Source of the DNA: Rickettsiales bacterium
Lineage (GTDB): Bacteria > Pseudomonadota > Alphaproteobacteria > Rickettsiales > SXRF01
Length of the DNA stretch: 64,000 nucleotides
Assembly (NCBI GenBank): GCA_033762715.1
Contig: JANRLL010000014.1
Span: forward strand, 11,626 to 75,625
Direction: 5' to 3'
Shown: positions 1-10,208 of the stretch, in pieces
Layout: each line of letters starts with the position of its first letter
How positions within the stretch are numbered: the stretch's first letter is position 1
The notes under the pieces: generated by a model
Told to the model about the DNA's origin: nothing
Seen by the model: the letters and a program-made list of their open reading frames with translations, nothing else
Database searches by the model: none
Position numbers and translations under genes: made by a program

Positions 1-1
1 C

Positions 2-316
2 TGCTTCCGCCTGATTGATGATATAGCCAATTATGGCGAGCGGCTGCATGGCACCTTATCGAAACTAAGCCCGGCAGAAGCGGCCCTCTTTCATATCACC
101 CCAGCCTATGCGCAAGGCATGAAAAGCTTTCTGTCGGCTATTGCCACCCCTAGCACTGAGAACCAAGCCAAAAATCAATTGGTCTTCACCATTAAAAGCC
201 AGCCCAGCGGTGTTTCTGTCAGCGGCAAATCGCTCGATGAGGTGATGGGTCTTTACAGCCAGCACCTAGCGCCGTATGCGAAGCCCGCAGACGCGCTGCC
301 CGCCCTCACACCGTAA
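2..316 (+). CDS. hypothetical protein, C-terminal fragment (gene starts upstream of the window)
   Basis: Frame 2 is open from the window edge to TAA 314-316 (CFRLIDDIANYGERL...ALPALTP*). No domain recognised. Confidence 0.4.
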   Translation, partial: CFRLIDDIANYGERLHGTLSKLSPAEAALFHITPAYAQGMKSFLSAIATPSTENQAKNQLVFTIKSQPSGVSVSGKSLDEVMGLYSQHLAPYAKPADALPALTP

Positions 317-562
317 TTATTCCACGGGTTTGGGATCACTTGGGGTTTCACCCGGCTGCAACCGGCGCACATCCACCCCATATTGCTGGTGTAGAAAGCG
401 TGCTTCGGCGAGAGCTTGCTCTAATATAGCGGGATCTAACGTACTCACAGGGCGCTTTTGAGCGCGCCTTTTGCCAAAACCAATTTTTTCTTTAATATAG
501 CGGTAAAGCCGACGCATTTTTTTCATAGCCATTGTCATAATCGATTTATGTATACCCCGCAA
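317..562 (-). CDS. small basic hypothetical protein (up to 81 aa; internal Met starts at 538/532/526/517 are more likely)
   Basis: The ORF is convergent with the previous gene and abuts it (stops at 314-316 and 317-319). It has a basic N-terminus (MKKMRRLYRYIKEK) and a helical-looking core (LDPAILEQALAEARFL). No family recognised. It crowds the pabB start, so it may be non-coding. Confidence 0.25.
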   Translation of the reverse strand: MRGIHKSIMTMAMKKMRRLYRYIKEKIGFGKRRAQKRPVSTLDPAILEQALAEARFLHQQYGVDVRRLQPGETPSDPKPVE

Positions 563-1825
563 TCCTTGCCTTGGACAGAGCCGCTAGCACTGGCGCAGCA
601 GATCGATGAGCCGCGCTGGGTGCTGCTCTATTCATCGGCGCAAACCAGCTATTCGGGACAGTTTAGCTATCTGGCCTGCGGGCATGCGGAAACGGTTGAA
701 GCAGCAGATTTTACGGCCTTTGCCGCACGGCTTACCACCCAGCGGCCGCGCTTTGATCACGCCTGGTTTGGCTATCTGGGCTATGAGCTCAAGCACTGCC
801 TGGAGCAATTACCCAAGGACGCCCCTGAGCAATTTGGACTGCCGCCACTTTGCATGATGCGTTTTCATCACATATATGTATTCGATCATCGCGCGCAAAC
901 ACTAACGCTATGGTCAGATGGCACGCCCGCACACCCCAGGAAGACAGCTGCAATCTCTACTGTGCCAGCGGTGCAAGCGCTTCACTCCAATATGACCAGC
1001 GCCGAATATTTATTGGCCGCCAGAGCCATTATTGAGCGCATTCAAGATGGTGAGCTGTATCAGGCTAATCTCACGCGCAAATTCTTTGGCGAATTTGTCG
1101 ATACGCCCGATCCGCTCACGATTTTTAGGCAGCTATGCGATGTCAGTCCCGCGCCCTACAGCGCCTATATTTATATCGATGGTCGCGCCATTATCTCATC
1201 GAGTCCTGAAATGTTTTTGCAGCTGGACGCGAGCGGCGAGCTGGTGTCTCGACCGATCAAAGGCACGGCTGCGCGCTTTGACGACCCCAAACACGACCAG
1301 GCATCCTACGCCGCCTTATGCAACAGCACGAAGGATCGCGCCGAAAATTTGATGATCGTCGATTTAATGCGCAATGATTTTTCCAAAGGCTGCAAAGCGA
1401 GCTCTATTCGCGTCGAGCGCCTGTTTGAAGTCACCTCGCATGCCAAGATTCACCATATGTCTAGCGAAGTGCATGGGATAAAGCGCCCTGAGGTGAGTGC
1501 CCTGGATATGGTGCAATACTGCTTCCCCCCAGGCTCTATGACTGGTGCGCCTAAAATCCATGCGATGCGCGTATGCAGCGAATATGAAAAGCAAGCGCGC
1601 GGTGTCTACAGCGGTGCGATCGGCTGGTTTGGCGGCGATGGTAGCTGTGAGTTATCGGTGGTGATTCGCACCCTGATCGTAGAAGGCAAGCGATTTGAAT
1701 TCCAAGTGGGCGGGGGAATTGTGGCCGATTCCGCTCCCGAAAAGGAACTTCAGGAAATCATCGACAAGTCAGCGGGGCTGCTCAAAACCCTCCATATGGA
1801 TGCGGCTCAGATACGTTCTTTATAG
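548..1825 (+). CDS. pabB: chorismate-binding enzyme, aminodeoxychorismate synthase component I-like
   Basis: Family motifs are present: SSSPEMFL, RPIKGTAAR, NLMIVDLMRND, PPGSMTGAPK, GGGIVADS. The ORF track opens at 458. I moved the start to ATG 548 (MYTPQSLPW...) because the first 30 codons are low-complexity. PabB versus TrpE or another paralog cannot be resolved by eye. Confidence 0.7.
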   Translation: MYTPQSLPWTEPLALAQQIDEPRWVLLYSSAQTSYSGQFSYLACGHAETVEAADFTAFAARLTTQRPRFDHAWFGYLGYELKHCLEQLPKDAPEQFGLPPLCMMRFHHIYVFDHRAQTLTLWSDGTPAHPRKTAAISTVPAVQALHSNMTSAEYLLAARAIIERIQDGELYQANLTRKFFGEFVDTPDPLTIFRQLCDVSPAPYSAYIYIDGRAIISSSPEMFLQLDASGELVSRPIKGTAARFDDPKHDQASYAALCNSTKDRAENLMIVDLMRNDFSKGCKASSIRVERLFEVTSHAKIHHMSSEVHGIKRPEVSALDMVQYCFPPGSMTGAPKIHAMRVCSEYEKQARGVYSGAIGWFGGDGSCELSVVIRTLIVEGKRFEFQVGGGIVADSAPEKELQEIIDKSAGLLKTLHMDAAQIRSL

Positions 1826-1855
1826 CTATTTTGAGGATAACCCTTGTTTTTGGCT

Positions 1856-1873
1856 ATACCCCCTGTGGGGTAT
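1856..1873 (+). promoter_or_regulatory. palindrome ATACCCC-CTGT-GGGGTAT (possible CsoR/RcnR-family operator, or a hairpin after pabB)
   Basis: A perfect 7-bp inverted repeat with a 4-bp spacer lies 30 nt after the pabB stop. It has GC tracts flanked by ATA/TAT. Confidence 0.3.
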
Positions 1874-2037
1874 GCTAACCTATTGGGTGTTCTATGATAT
1901 TAGCGCCAGTCAATCCTAATGTCCAGACTTATAGCTATGCGTTTAGCGCATAGCTGATAGGGGCAATCATCAGTTCTCAGAATAGATCATTCCGCTATAC
2001 ATCACCCCATCAACAACCCGCTAGCCGAACTGGTTAT

Positions 2038-2054
2038 ATACCACTAGGGGGTAT
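2038..2054 (+). promoter_or_regulatory. palindrome ATACCACTAGGGGGTAT (possible CsoR/RcnR-family operator)
   Basis: Second copy of the ATACC..GGTAT motif, 33 nt upstream of ATG 2087. Both copies share TATACC-N5/6-GGGGTATG. Confidence 0.3.
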
Positions 2055-2086
2055 GTTGAGAGTGTAACAAAACAGCGAGTTTTATT

Positions 2087-2266
2087 ATGATAAAAGCCCT
2101 ATTTAGTACCAAGACTAAGGTGGCGTTTATATGCTCCGCTTTAACGTTACTGCAAGCCTGCGCAACCACTACCCCTAGTAACGATGTCATGGCAGCCTAT
2201 AATGATTCGGGCAGCATCGTGGTGAAGCCCTACACCAGAACCATCTTTAGTAGCAACGACTTCTAA
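2087..2266 (+). CDS. small putative lipoprotein (59 aa, below the ORF-track cutoff)
   Basis: Hand translation gives MIKALFSTKTKVAFICSALTLLQAC|ATTTPSNDVMAAYNDSGSIVVKPYTRTIFSSNDF*. There is a signal-like N-terminus with a lipobox-like LLQAC, and a strong terminator follows. The SD is weak (GAG). Confidence 0.4.
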   Translation: MIKALFSTKTKVAFICSALTLLQACATTTPSNDVMAAYNDSGSIVVKPYTRTIFSSNDF

Positions 2267-2284
2267 TCCCCATTTCCCCTCAAT

Positions 2285-2316
2285 AAAAAAGCCGGCTGAG
2301 TAAGCCGGCTTTTTTA
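2285..2316. terminator. bidirectional rho-independent terminator
   Basis: The sequence is aaaaaAGCCGGCTgagtaAGCCGGCTttttt. A self-complementary 8-bp stem is flanked by an A-run and a T-run. It lies between the convergent lipoprotein ORF and motA. Confidence 0.7.
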
Positions 2317-2335
2317 TTGGCAGCGGGCCAGAAGG

Positions 2336-3205
2336 CTACTCAATCTTTAGGTTACTGCTTACTTCTTCCATCTCGGCAAAGGTAGGCTGCAAATGGCTTG
2401 GCACACTCACACGACCCATTTCCATTGATACTTGCGGTGCCATGCCTTTAAGATGTGCTACCAATATATCGCGGATGATAAAGTAGAATTGCTGATCCTC
2501 GTCATGCGCCGCCGTTGAGCGTGAGGCGATGGGGCCTACGATGCAATAGGCCAAGAATACCCCAAGGAACGTACCTACCAGCGCGCCACCGATCATCTTA
2601 CCCAAAATCGCAGGCGGCTGATCAATACTGGCCATGGTTTTAATTACACCCAGTACCGCCGCTACGATACCGATCGCAGGCAGCGCATCGGCCATGCCTT
2701 GCAGCGCATGCGGTGCCTTATGGGCTTCGTGATGGTGTTTTTCGATTTGTTTATTGACCGACTCTTCGATTTCCAGCGCGCTTTCCATACCCATAGTCAG
2801 CGTACGCAGCGTGTCGCACACCAGATCAATGGCAAAATGATCGCTCAGAATTTTCGGATATTGTTTGAAGATGCTGCTTTCTTCGGGCTTTTCGATATGT
2901 TGCTCGACTGCGATCAACCCCTTGGATTTCATCTGTTTGCACAGCATAAACATCAAACACAGCAGGTCTTTGTAATCCTGCTTCTTGAATTTGGATCCTT
3001 TAAATGCACGGCCTATTTCTTTGAGCATAGCGGTTTTAAACACCTTGCCGCCATTGCCCAATAAGAACGCGCCAACAGCCGCCCCCATAATCATGGGTAA
3101 TTCATGTGGCAATGCCGCTAAGATAATTTCAATTTTACCGCCGGCATGGATGTAGCTGCCAAAGACCAGCACGAAGGTGAGAATAAGACCAATAATACCA
3201 GCCAT
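2336..3205 (-). CDS. motA: flagellar motor stator protein MotA
   Basis: 289 aa with a MotA/TolQ/ExbB-type layout. Two N-terminal TM segments, a long cytoplasmic loop and two C-terminal TM segments (LPAIGIVAAVLGVIKTM...GGALVGTFLGVFLAY). No motB is adjacent. Confidence 0.8.
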   Translation of the reverse strand: MAGIIGLILTFVLVFGSYIHAGGKIEIILAALPHELPMIMGAAVGAFLLGNGGKVFKTAMLKEIGRAFKGSKFKKQDYKDLLCLMFMLCKQMKSKGLIAVEQHIEKPEESSIFKQYPKILSDHFAIDLVCDTLRTLTMGMESALEIEESVNKQIEKHHHEAHKAPHALQGMADALPAIGIVAAVLGVIKTMASIDQPPAILGKMIGGALVGTFLGVFLAYCIVGPIASRSTAAHDEDQQFYFIIRDILVAHLKGMAPQVSMEMGRVSVPSHLQPTFAEMEEVSSNLKIE

Positions 3206-3271
3206 AACGAAGAATACTTTTCTTGTGGGTTACCAACGCAGTATGGCAAGCAAAAGCAAAGAAAACGTTAA

Positions 3272-6200
3272 TCAGGCCGCAACTTCTTCGGCCGAGACGA
3301 CCCCTTGGAGAATCCTTATTTTCTCTAAGATTTCGGACGAAAGCAGGTAACGGCCTGGCAATTGTAAATCAGCGACCGTTTGATCAATTTTTGCCCGCAA
3401 CGTAATCTGTGAACCATTGCCATTGGGCTCACCTAAAAGTTTGCGAATGTTAATCAATGCATCCGCCTGGGTGACCACGATCTTAATACCGCCAAAGCCT
3501 TTACTTTGCCGATGCTTAAGCCAGGCATCTTCAAAGAGAGTAATCGATTGCGCGATTAAACGGGCACCCGCCTCTTCCATTTTTGCATCCGCCTGAATAC
3601 AAAGAATTTTACCATTTTCCAGCCAATCACGGCTCTGATTCAGCAGCGTTTCGTTAAAGACGGATATTTCATATACACCGCCTATGTCAGACAACTGAAT
3701 AAAGGCAAAACGGCCCTTATCGGAGACTTTAAATTTGCGTCCGGTGACGATACCGGCCAATCGGACCGAGCGATATTGACCGCTTAACTTGTTATCAAAG
3801 TTCGATGAACAAAGAATGCCCATCTGCTCGATTGCCGCCTTATAACCGGCCAGTGGGTGGGACGATAAATAAAACCCAATCGCATCATATTCATGCTCTA
3901 AGCGCTCCAGCGCTGTCCAATCCTCTACCGCCCGTAAGGTTGGCTTTGGAATAGCCGGCGCATGATCGCCCATGAATAGATTAGACTGATTACTGGCGCG
4001 ATCGCGCTGAGCGGCTTCACCGTAGGCCATAATCATATCAAGATTATCAAAAACCTGGCGGCGATTAGCCTGCATCGTATCAAATGCTCCCGCCTTAATT
4101 AAATACTCCACTGCACGGCGATTGAGCACCTCAAGCGGCACACGGGTGACAAAATCAAACATATCGAGATACGGGCCGTTTTGCATACGCTCCTGCACGA
4201 CGGCTTCCATCGCCTGCACGCCCACATTTCGCACCGCAGCCAGCGCATAGCGAATCGCTTGCGGTTCCACCGAGAACAACACATCCGATTTATTCACATC
4301 TGGCGGCAATAAGGCGATGCCAAAATGCGCGGCCTCTTCACGGAAAATACCGAGCTTGTCGGTATTGTGCATATCATAGGTCATGGATGCGGCCATGAAC
4401 TCAACCGGATAATTGGCTTTCAAGAAGGCTGTCTGATAGGCAATCAGCGCATAGGCAGCCGCGTGCGATTTGTTGAAACCATACTCGGCGAATTTGGCGA
4501 TCAGGTCGAAAATGCCTTTGGCTTCTTTTTTATCCACGCCACGCGCCGATGCTTTATCGACAAAAATATCGCGCTGCGCTTCCATTTCGGAGCGGATCTT
4601 TTTACCCATAGCGCGGCGCAGCAAGTCTGCCTCACCCAGGCTATAGCCCGCCAGCAGCTGCGCAATCTGCATCACCTGCTCTTGGTAAATGATAACCCCG
4701 AAGGTTTCCTTTAACACCACCTCAATGGTCGGATGCAGGTAATTGACTTTTTCCTCGCCATGCTTGCGCGCAATATAGGTCGGAATATTATCCATAGGGC
4801 CTGGGCGGTAGAGCGACACCAGCGCGATAATATCTTCCAAACAGTCAGGGCGCAGCTTTTTGAGCGTATCGCGCATGCCCGCGCTCTCCAGCTGGAACAC
4901 GCCCACCGTATCCCCATGCGATAACATCTCGTAGGTAGGCTTGTCGCCTTCCGGCAGCGCCAGCAGATCAATCGTAATGTTGCGCGGTTTAAGCAATGTC
5001 AGTGTGCGTGAAAGCACGGTCAGCGTTTTCAGTCCTAAAAAATCGAACTTCACTAAGCCCGCACTTTCCGCATATTTCATCGAATATTGTACCACCGGCA
5101 TATCCGATTTCGGATCGCGGTAAAGCGGCACCAGCTCTTGTAGCGGACGATCGCCAATTACCACACCTGCCGCATGGGTTGAGGCATGGCGGTTCAAGCC
5201 TTCGAGTTTCAAGCTAATATTCATCAAGCGCTCAGCCGTTTCATCCTCTTTCGAGGCGGCCTTGAGCATCGGCTCCATTTCAATCGCTTCTGCGAGTGTT
5301 ACCGGATTGGCCGGATTATTGGGCACCAACTTGCAAAAACGATCCACCTGTCCGTACGGCATTTGCAGCACACGCCCTACGTCACGCAGCACCGCACGCG
5401 CTTGCAGCTTGCCAAAGGTGATAATTTGCGCCACGCGGTCATTGCCGTATTTCTGCTGCACATAGCGGATTACTTCTTCGCGGCGATCCTGGCAAAAATC
5501 GACGTCAAAGTCAGGCATCGAGACACGTTGCGGATTCAAGAAACGCTCAAACAGCAGGCCATAGCGCAACGGATTCAAGTCGGTGATCGAAAGCGCCCAG
5601 GCAACCAACGAGCCCGCGCCCGAACCACGGCCAGGGCCTACCGGAATATCATGCGCCTTACTCCAGCGGATAAAGTCCGATACGATCAGAAAGTAGCCAG
5701 GAAAGCGCATGGCGATGATGGTATCGAGCTCAAATTGCAGTCGCTCCCAATAGGGTTTGGCGATCTCTTCTTTTGCCTGCTCCGACATCTCGGCGCTATA
5801 AACATATTTCTCCAGCCGTTCTTTCAACCCTTCCGAGGCTTGCAAGCGTAGTAGCTCTTCTTCGCTCATATCCTGCGCAGTAAATTTAGGCAGAATGGGT
5901 GCTTGCGGCAGGGTGATAAAGGAGCAGCGCTTGGCAATCACCACGCTATTTTCCAGCGCTTCTGGTAGATCAGCAAAGAGCGTCACCATTTCATCCGCTG
6001 TTTTCAGGCGATGCTCAGCATTCAAGCGGCGGCGCTGGGTTTCACCCACATAGCTGCCATCAGCAATACATAAGAACGCATCATGCGCCTCATACATTTC
6101 AGCGTCTTTGAAATAGGCATCGTTGGTAGCCACCAGCGGGATATTCTGTGCGTACGCCAGGTTAATCAGCTTGGCTTCAATGGCGCGTTCTTCAGCAAGG

Positions 6201-6736
6201 CCATGACGGCTGATCTCCATATAGACACGACCAGGCGCGATCTGCTCTAAATCTTGCAAGTAAGTTTGCGCAATGGCATCCTTGCCGGTGAGCAATGCTT
6301 TTCCAATGGCGCCGTATATACCCCCCGTGAGTATAATCAACCCTTCGGCGTGCGCCTTAATATCATCGAGTGACAGCAGCGGTGCCAGCCCATCGGCGGG
6401 GCTCAAATAGGCTTTGCTGATGAGCGCCAATAGATTTTGCCAGCCGGTTTCATTTTGCGCATAGACCAGCAGCTGATCAGGCTTGATATTATGGTTGTTA
6501 CGCCCTTCCGTTACATGCGGCTTGAGCTGCAACATGGCGCCTTGAATCGGCTGAATACCGCCATCGATAGCCGCCATGGAAAATTCCAGAGAGCCGAATA
6601 AATTCGCATTATCAGCTACCGCCACCGCAGGCATATTCTGGCTTTTGCACCATTTGATCAGATCCTTGATCGCAATCGCCCCTTCCAAGAGCGAATAGGT
6701 GGTATGCACGCGCAGATGGATAAAGCGGGGCGTCAT
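3272..6736 (-). CDS. dnaE: DNA polymerase III alpha subunit
   Basis: 1154 aa. It has an N-terminal PHP domain (FIHLRVHTTYSLLEGA), a polymerase core (GPGRGSGAGSLVAWALSITDLNP) and a C-terminal OB region. The start overlaps the lolD stop (ATGA). Confidence 0.97.
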   Translation of the reverse strand: MTPRFIHLRVHTTYSLLEGAIAIKDLIKWCKSQNMPAVAVADNANLFGSLEFSMAAIDGGIQPIQGAMLQLKPHVTEGRNNHNIKPDQLLVYAQNETGWQNLLALISKAYLSPADGLAPLLSLDDIKAHAEGLIILTGGIYGAIGKALLTGKDAIAQTYLQDLEQIAPGRVYMEISRHGLAEERAIEAKLINLAYAQNIPLVATNDAYFKDAEMYEAHDAFLCIADGSYVGETQRRRLNAEHRLKTADEMVTLFADLPEALENSVVIAKRCSFITLPQAPILPKFTAQDMSEEELLRLQASEGLKERLEKYVYSAEMSEQAKEEIAKPYWERLQFELDTIIAMRFPGYFLIVSDFIRWSKAHDIPVGPGRGSGAGSLVAWALSITDLNPLRYGLLFERFLNPQRVSMPDFDVDFCQDRREEVIRYVQQKYGNDRVAQIITFGKLQARAVLRDVGRVLQMPYGQVDRFCKLVPNNPANPVTLAEAIEMEPMLKAASKEDETAERLMNISLKLEGLNRHASTHAAGVVIGDRPLQELVPLYRDPKSDMPVVQYSMKYAESAGLVKFDFLGLKTLTVLSRTLTLLKPRNITIDLLALPEGDKPTYEMLSHGDTVGVFQLESAGMRDTLKKLRPDCLEDIIALVSLYRPGPMDNIPTYIARKHGEEKVNYLHPTIEVVLKETFGVIIYQEQVMQIAQLLAGYSLGEADLLRRAMGKKIRSEMEAQRDIFVDKASARGVDKKEAKGIFDLIAKFAEYGFNKSHAAAYALIAYQTAFLKANYPVEFMAASMTYDMHNTDKLGIFREEAAHFGIALLPPDVNKSDVLFSVEPQAIRYALAAVRNVGVQAMEAVVQERMQNGPYLDMFDFVTRVPLEVLNRRAVEYLIKAGAFDTMQANRRQVFDNLDMIMAYGEAAQRDRASNQSNLFMGDHAPAIPKPTLRAVEDWTALERLEHEYDAIGFYLSSHPLAGYKAAIEQMGILCSSNFDNKLSGQYRSVRLAGIVTGRKFKVSDKGRFAFIQLSDIGGVYEISVFNETLLNQSRDWLENGKILCIQADAKMEEAGARLIAQSITLFEDAWLKHRQSKGFGGIKIVVTQADALINIRKLLGEPNGNGSQITLRAKIDQTVADLQLPGRYLLSSEILEKIRILQGVVSAEEVAA

Positions 6737-7410
6737 TGCTTAAGCACCCCGTCTTCCAACCACACGGTGCGATCCATGCGGCGCGACAAATCTACGTTGT
6801 GAGTGGCGACTAACACCGCCACTTTTTGCTCTCTTGCTACCGTCATCAGGCTTTTAAACACATGTTCGGCCGTATGCGGATCGAGATTGCCGGTCGGCTC
6901 ATCGGCTAGCAATAATTGCGGGCGATTCGCCATGGCGCGGGCAATGGCCACACGCTGTTGCTCGCCGCCTGAGAGCTTGGCCGGACGATGTTGCAAGCGG
7001 TCGGAAAGGCCAAATTGCGCCAGTAATTCTTTCGCGCGGCTTTCGGCCTGCGCTTCGCTTTTTCCGGCAATCATTTGCGGCAGCACCACATTTTCTAACG
7101 CGGTAAATTCGCGCAGCAAATGGTGATATTGATAAACAAAGCCAATATGATTCATGCGCGCTTGCGTGCGCATCCGGTCCGGTGCGCTCGTCATGACATC
7201 CTCGCCAATCGATACATCGCCACTGCTAGGCCGATCGAGCAAGCCGGCAATTTGCAATAAGGTGGTCTTACCCGAACCGCTGGGGCCCAAGAGCGCTACC
7301 ACCTCACCGGCTTTAATCACCAGGCTCACATCGCGCAGCACGGTAAGTGTGCGTCCTGCCTGTTCGTAGCTGCGCTTCACATGGCGCAAGGTCAGCACCG
7401 CATTACTCAT
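6733..7410 (-). CDS. lolD: lipoprotein-releasing system ATP-binding protein
   Basis: ABC ATPase with Walker [10 protein letters not shown], signature [14 protein letters not shown] and Walker [13 protein letters not shown]. The start is set to ATG 7408-7410 ([11 protein letters not shown]), giving an 8-nt ATGAGTAA overlap with lolC. The longer ORF to 7491 is rejected. Confidence 0.9.
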   Translation of the reverse strand: MSNAVLTLRHVKRSYEQAGRTLTVLRDVSLVIKAGEVVALLGPSGSGKTTLLQIAGLLDRPSSGDVSIGEDVMTSAPDRMRTQARMNHIGFVYQYHHLLREFTALENVVLPQMIAGKSEAQAESRAKELLAQFGLSDRLQHRPAKLSGGEQQRVAIARAMANRPQLLLADEPTGNLDPHTAEHVFKSLMTVAREQKVAVLVATHNVDLSRRMDRTVWLEDGVLKQ

Positions 7411-8656
7411 AGCGTACCGCCTCCGCCGGATCGAGTTGAGCTGCTCGTTTGGCTGGATATAAGGTAGCCAGGAAGGACAACGCAAAAGCAATCACCACCA
7501 CGAGCAGCACTTCACTTCCATCCACCTTAGATGGCAGATGCGACAGGAAATATAGCTCATCAGCAAATAAGCGCTGGCCCATCAGCGACTCTAGCCAAAG
7601 CTGGATATTCTCAGTATTAAAAGCAATAAGCAAGCCAAGCGCAACACCCACGGCCGTTCCCACCACACCGACCGAGGCGCCGCAGGTCATAAAGATTCGC
7701 ATAATCGACACACGGCGCGCACCCATAGTGCGCAAAATCGCAACATCGCGTCCCTTCTCATGCACCAGCATGATCAGACTCGAGATAATATTAAATGCCG
7801 CCACCAGAATGATCAGCATCAAAATTAAAAACATAACATTGCGCTGCACGAGCACCGCTTGGAAAATTTGGTTGTTGGAGCTTTTCCAATCATAAATACG
7901 ATGGCCTGGAAACGCGCTGCTGATGCTGCGCGCGATCGCAACAGCCTGATCGGGATTATCAATCATCACCTCAATCAGGCTTACCGCAGCTCCTGCTGCA
8001 TGATTCAACTTAAAATAAACCTGCGCCTCTTTAAATGGCAACACCACCAGGTTGTTGTCATAGGCAAACATGCCGATGGTAAAGAGCCCAACGACCGGAT
8101 AGGCCTTCACCCGTGGCACTAAACCTGCAATGGTCGCGCGACCTTCCGGTGAAATCAGCGTAATCTCATCGCCAATTTGCAGGCCTAATTTTTCGGCCAT
8201 GCGGCTGCCGATCACTACGCCCTCTTCCTGCCCTAATGCCTCCACGCTGCCTGGCGTCATTTTGCTGGTCAGCAAATTTTTCTGCTTTAGGTCTTCGACA
8301 CGCAGCCCCGTCACCATTGCACCGGTCGCGCGTCCTTGATATGAGGCCATCACTTGACCTTCTACTTTGGGCATGGCGGTTTTCACGCCGCGTATGGCTG
8401 CGATACCTTGACTCAATTTTTCATAATCCTGGAGGCCTTGCGCATTGCTGTAGACACTAATATGCCCTTCCAGGCCGATGATGGATTTGATCATCTCATC
8501 GCGCACGCCGTTCATAACGGACAGCACCACAATCAAGGTCGCAACACCGAGCGCAATGCCAATCAGCGAAAAAAAGGCGATCACCGAAATGAGCCCCTCT
8601 TCGCGACGGGCCCGCAAATAGCGCCAGGCAACCTTACGTTCAAAAGCCGTTAGCAT
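7403..8656 (-). CDS. lolC: lipoprotein-releasing system permease, LolC/E family
   Basis: 417 aa with a MacB/FtsX-type permease layout. A TM segment is followed by a large periplasmic domain and three C-terminal TM segments. It sits directly upstream of lolD. Confidence 0.85.
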   Translation of the reverse strand: MLTAFERKVAWRYLRARREEGLISVIAFFSLIGIALGVATLIVVLSVMNGVRDEMIKSIIGLEGHISVYSNAQGLQDYEKLSQGIAAIRGVKTAMPKVEGQVMASYQGRATGAMVTGLRVEDLKQKNLLTSKMTPGSVEALGQEEGVVIGSRMAEKLGLQIGDEITLISPEGRATIAGLVPRVKAYPVVGLFTIGMFAYDNNLVVLPFKEAQVYFKLNHAAGAAVSLIEVMIDNPDQAVAIARSISSAFPGHRIYDWKSSNNQIFQAVLVQRNVMFLILMLIILVAAFNIISSLIMLVHEKGRDVAILRTMGARRVSIMRIFMTCGASVGVVGTAVGVALGLLIAFNTENIQLWLESLMGQRLFADELYFLSHLPSKVDGSEVLLVVVIAFALSFLATLYPAKRAAQLDPAEAVRYE

Positions 8657-8657
8657 C

Positions 8658-9947
8658 TTACCCTATAATCTGTTTGAGGGCTGCATCCACAGCCAGCTCT
8701 TGCTTCTCGCCGGTTTTACGGCGTTTCAATTCCACCACGCCTTTTTCAATGCCTTTAGGGCCCACCGTGATTTGCCATGGCGTGCCGATTAGATCCATGC
8801 TGGCGAATTTTCCGCCGGCGCGTTCATCAGTATCATCATAGAGCACCGAAATATGTTGCGCCGAAAGGGTTTCATACAGCGACTGACATGCAGCATCGCA
8901 TTTCGCATCGCCTACGCGCAAATTGATAATGCCCACCTTAAACGGCGCCACTGAATCGGGCCAAATGATACCGGCTTCGTCATGACTGGCTTCAATGATA
9001 GCCCCCACTAAACGCGATACCCCTATACCGTATGTCCCCATCTCAACACGAATCGGCGCGCCGTCAGCTCCGGTGACGTCGACATTCATCGCATCGGTAT
9101 ATTTGCGACCCAAGAGGAAGATCTGCCCTACCTCGATACCACGCGCCTCACGCAGGCGTTCCTTAGGGATTGGGCATTTTTCAGGCACATGCAGCTCGTC
9201 AGCAGCAGCGTAAAGATTACGCATTTCAGCGCTGCTCATTTTGACTTTACCAGCACGTATATCATCAAAGGTCGCATCATAATAAAGCGCGCTTTCGCCC
9301 GTTTCGGCAATCACCTGGAACTCATGGCTGGTCGAACCGCCGATTGGGCCGGTGACTGCGTTGACGGCAATCGCCATCAAACCCAGTGCTTCAAAAATAC
9401 GGTGATACACATCATACATTTTATCGTATTCGCGCTTAGCATCATCGAGACTGGCATGAAAAGAATAGCCATCCTTCATAAAAAATTCGCGACCACGCAT
9501 CACGCCAAAACGGGGGCGCACTTCGTCACGGAATTTCCAGTTGATCTGATAGAGATTAAGTGGCAGCGATTTGTAGCTTTTCACAAACGCGCGGAAATTA
9601 TCAACGATCATTTCCTCACAGGTAGGGCTATAGAGCAAATCGCGCTCAGCACGGTCCTTGATGCGCAGCATTTCTTTGCCATACGCATCGTAGCGGCCGG
9701 ATTCTTTCCACAGATCAGCTGGCTGAAGCGTGGGCATCAGCACACGCACACATCCCGCCTTATCAAGCTCACGCGCGACGATATTTTCGACATTCTGCAA
9801 TACGCGCTGCCCCAGTGGAAGCCAAGTGTAGATGCCTGCGGCTTGCTGGCGAATCATACCGGCGCGCAGCATCAAGCGGTGCGAAACAATTTGCGCCTCA
9901 GAAGGCGTTTCTTTGAGTAGTGGCAGAAAAAATTGGCTCAGGCGCAT
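8658..9947 (-). CDS. proS: prolyl-tRNA synthetase (short form without the INS editing domain)
   Basis: 429 aa class II aaRS. It starts [34 protein letters not shown], contains the motif [17 protein letters not shown], and has a C-terminal anticodon-binding domain. Confidence 0.95.
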   Translation of the reverse strand: MRLSQFFLPLLKETPSEAQIVSHRLMLRAGMIRQQAAGIYTWLPLGQRVLQNVENIVARELDKAGCVRVLMPTLQPADLWKESGRYDAYGKEMLRIKDRAERDLLYSPTCEEMIVDNFRAFVKSYKSLPLNLYQINWKFRDEVRPRFGVMRGREFFMKDGYSFHASLDDAKREYDKMYDVYHRIFEALGLMAIAVNAVTGPIGGSTSHEFQVIAETGESALYYDATFDDIRAGKVKMSSAEMRNLYAAADELHVPEKCPIPKERLREARGIEVGQIFLLGRKYTDAMNVDVTGADGAPIRVEMGTYGIGVSRLVGAIIEASHDEAGIIWPDSVAPFKVGIINLRVGDAKCDAACQSLYETLSAQHISVLYDDTDERAGGKFASMDLIGTPWQITVGPKGIEKGVVELKRRKTGEKQELAVDAALKQIIG

Positions 9948-9960
9948 GGCACATCCATTG

Positions 9961-10206
9961 TTATGATGACGTAAGGGTACGAAGAGGTATCATCTCGATC
10001 TTAATCAGCAATGCAAGCGTGATTGTAAACACAGCCGCTAAAGCGCTGGCGGTTAGAATCACACGCTTCCACGGCATCGACTTTGGCGCGGCTGCATAGC
10101 TCAGCGGGTCAACCGCTTCATCCTTGCGCGTAAAAAACGGCAACACCAAGATCATCGCGATCCACCATAGGTTGATATAGGTAAAAATAGCCATGGAAAT
10201 CGACAT
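9961..10206 (-). CDS. small two-TM membrane protein (DUF1467-like)
   Basis: 81 aa with two hydrophobic helices. It occupies the position between mce and proS that, as I recall, the DUF1467 family holds in Alphaproteobacteria. Confidence 0.6.
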   Translation of the reverse strand: MSISMAIFTYINLWWIAMILVLPFFTRKDEAVDPLSYAAAPKSMPWKRVILTASALAAVFTITLALLIKIEMIPLRTLTSS

Positions 10207-10208
10207 GG

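Noticed and set aside
2336-3205. motA without an adjacent motB, as a possible orphan stator.
   Set aside because: Unlinked motA and motB genes are normal in several Alphaproteobacteria (for example Caulobacter). Nothing anomalous is visible in the sequence.
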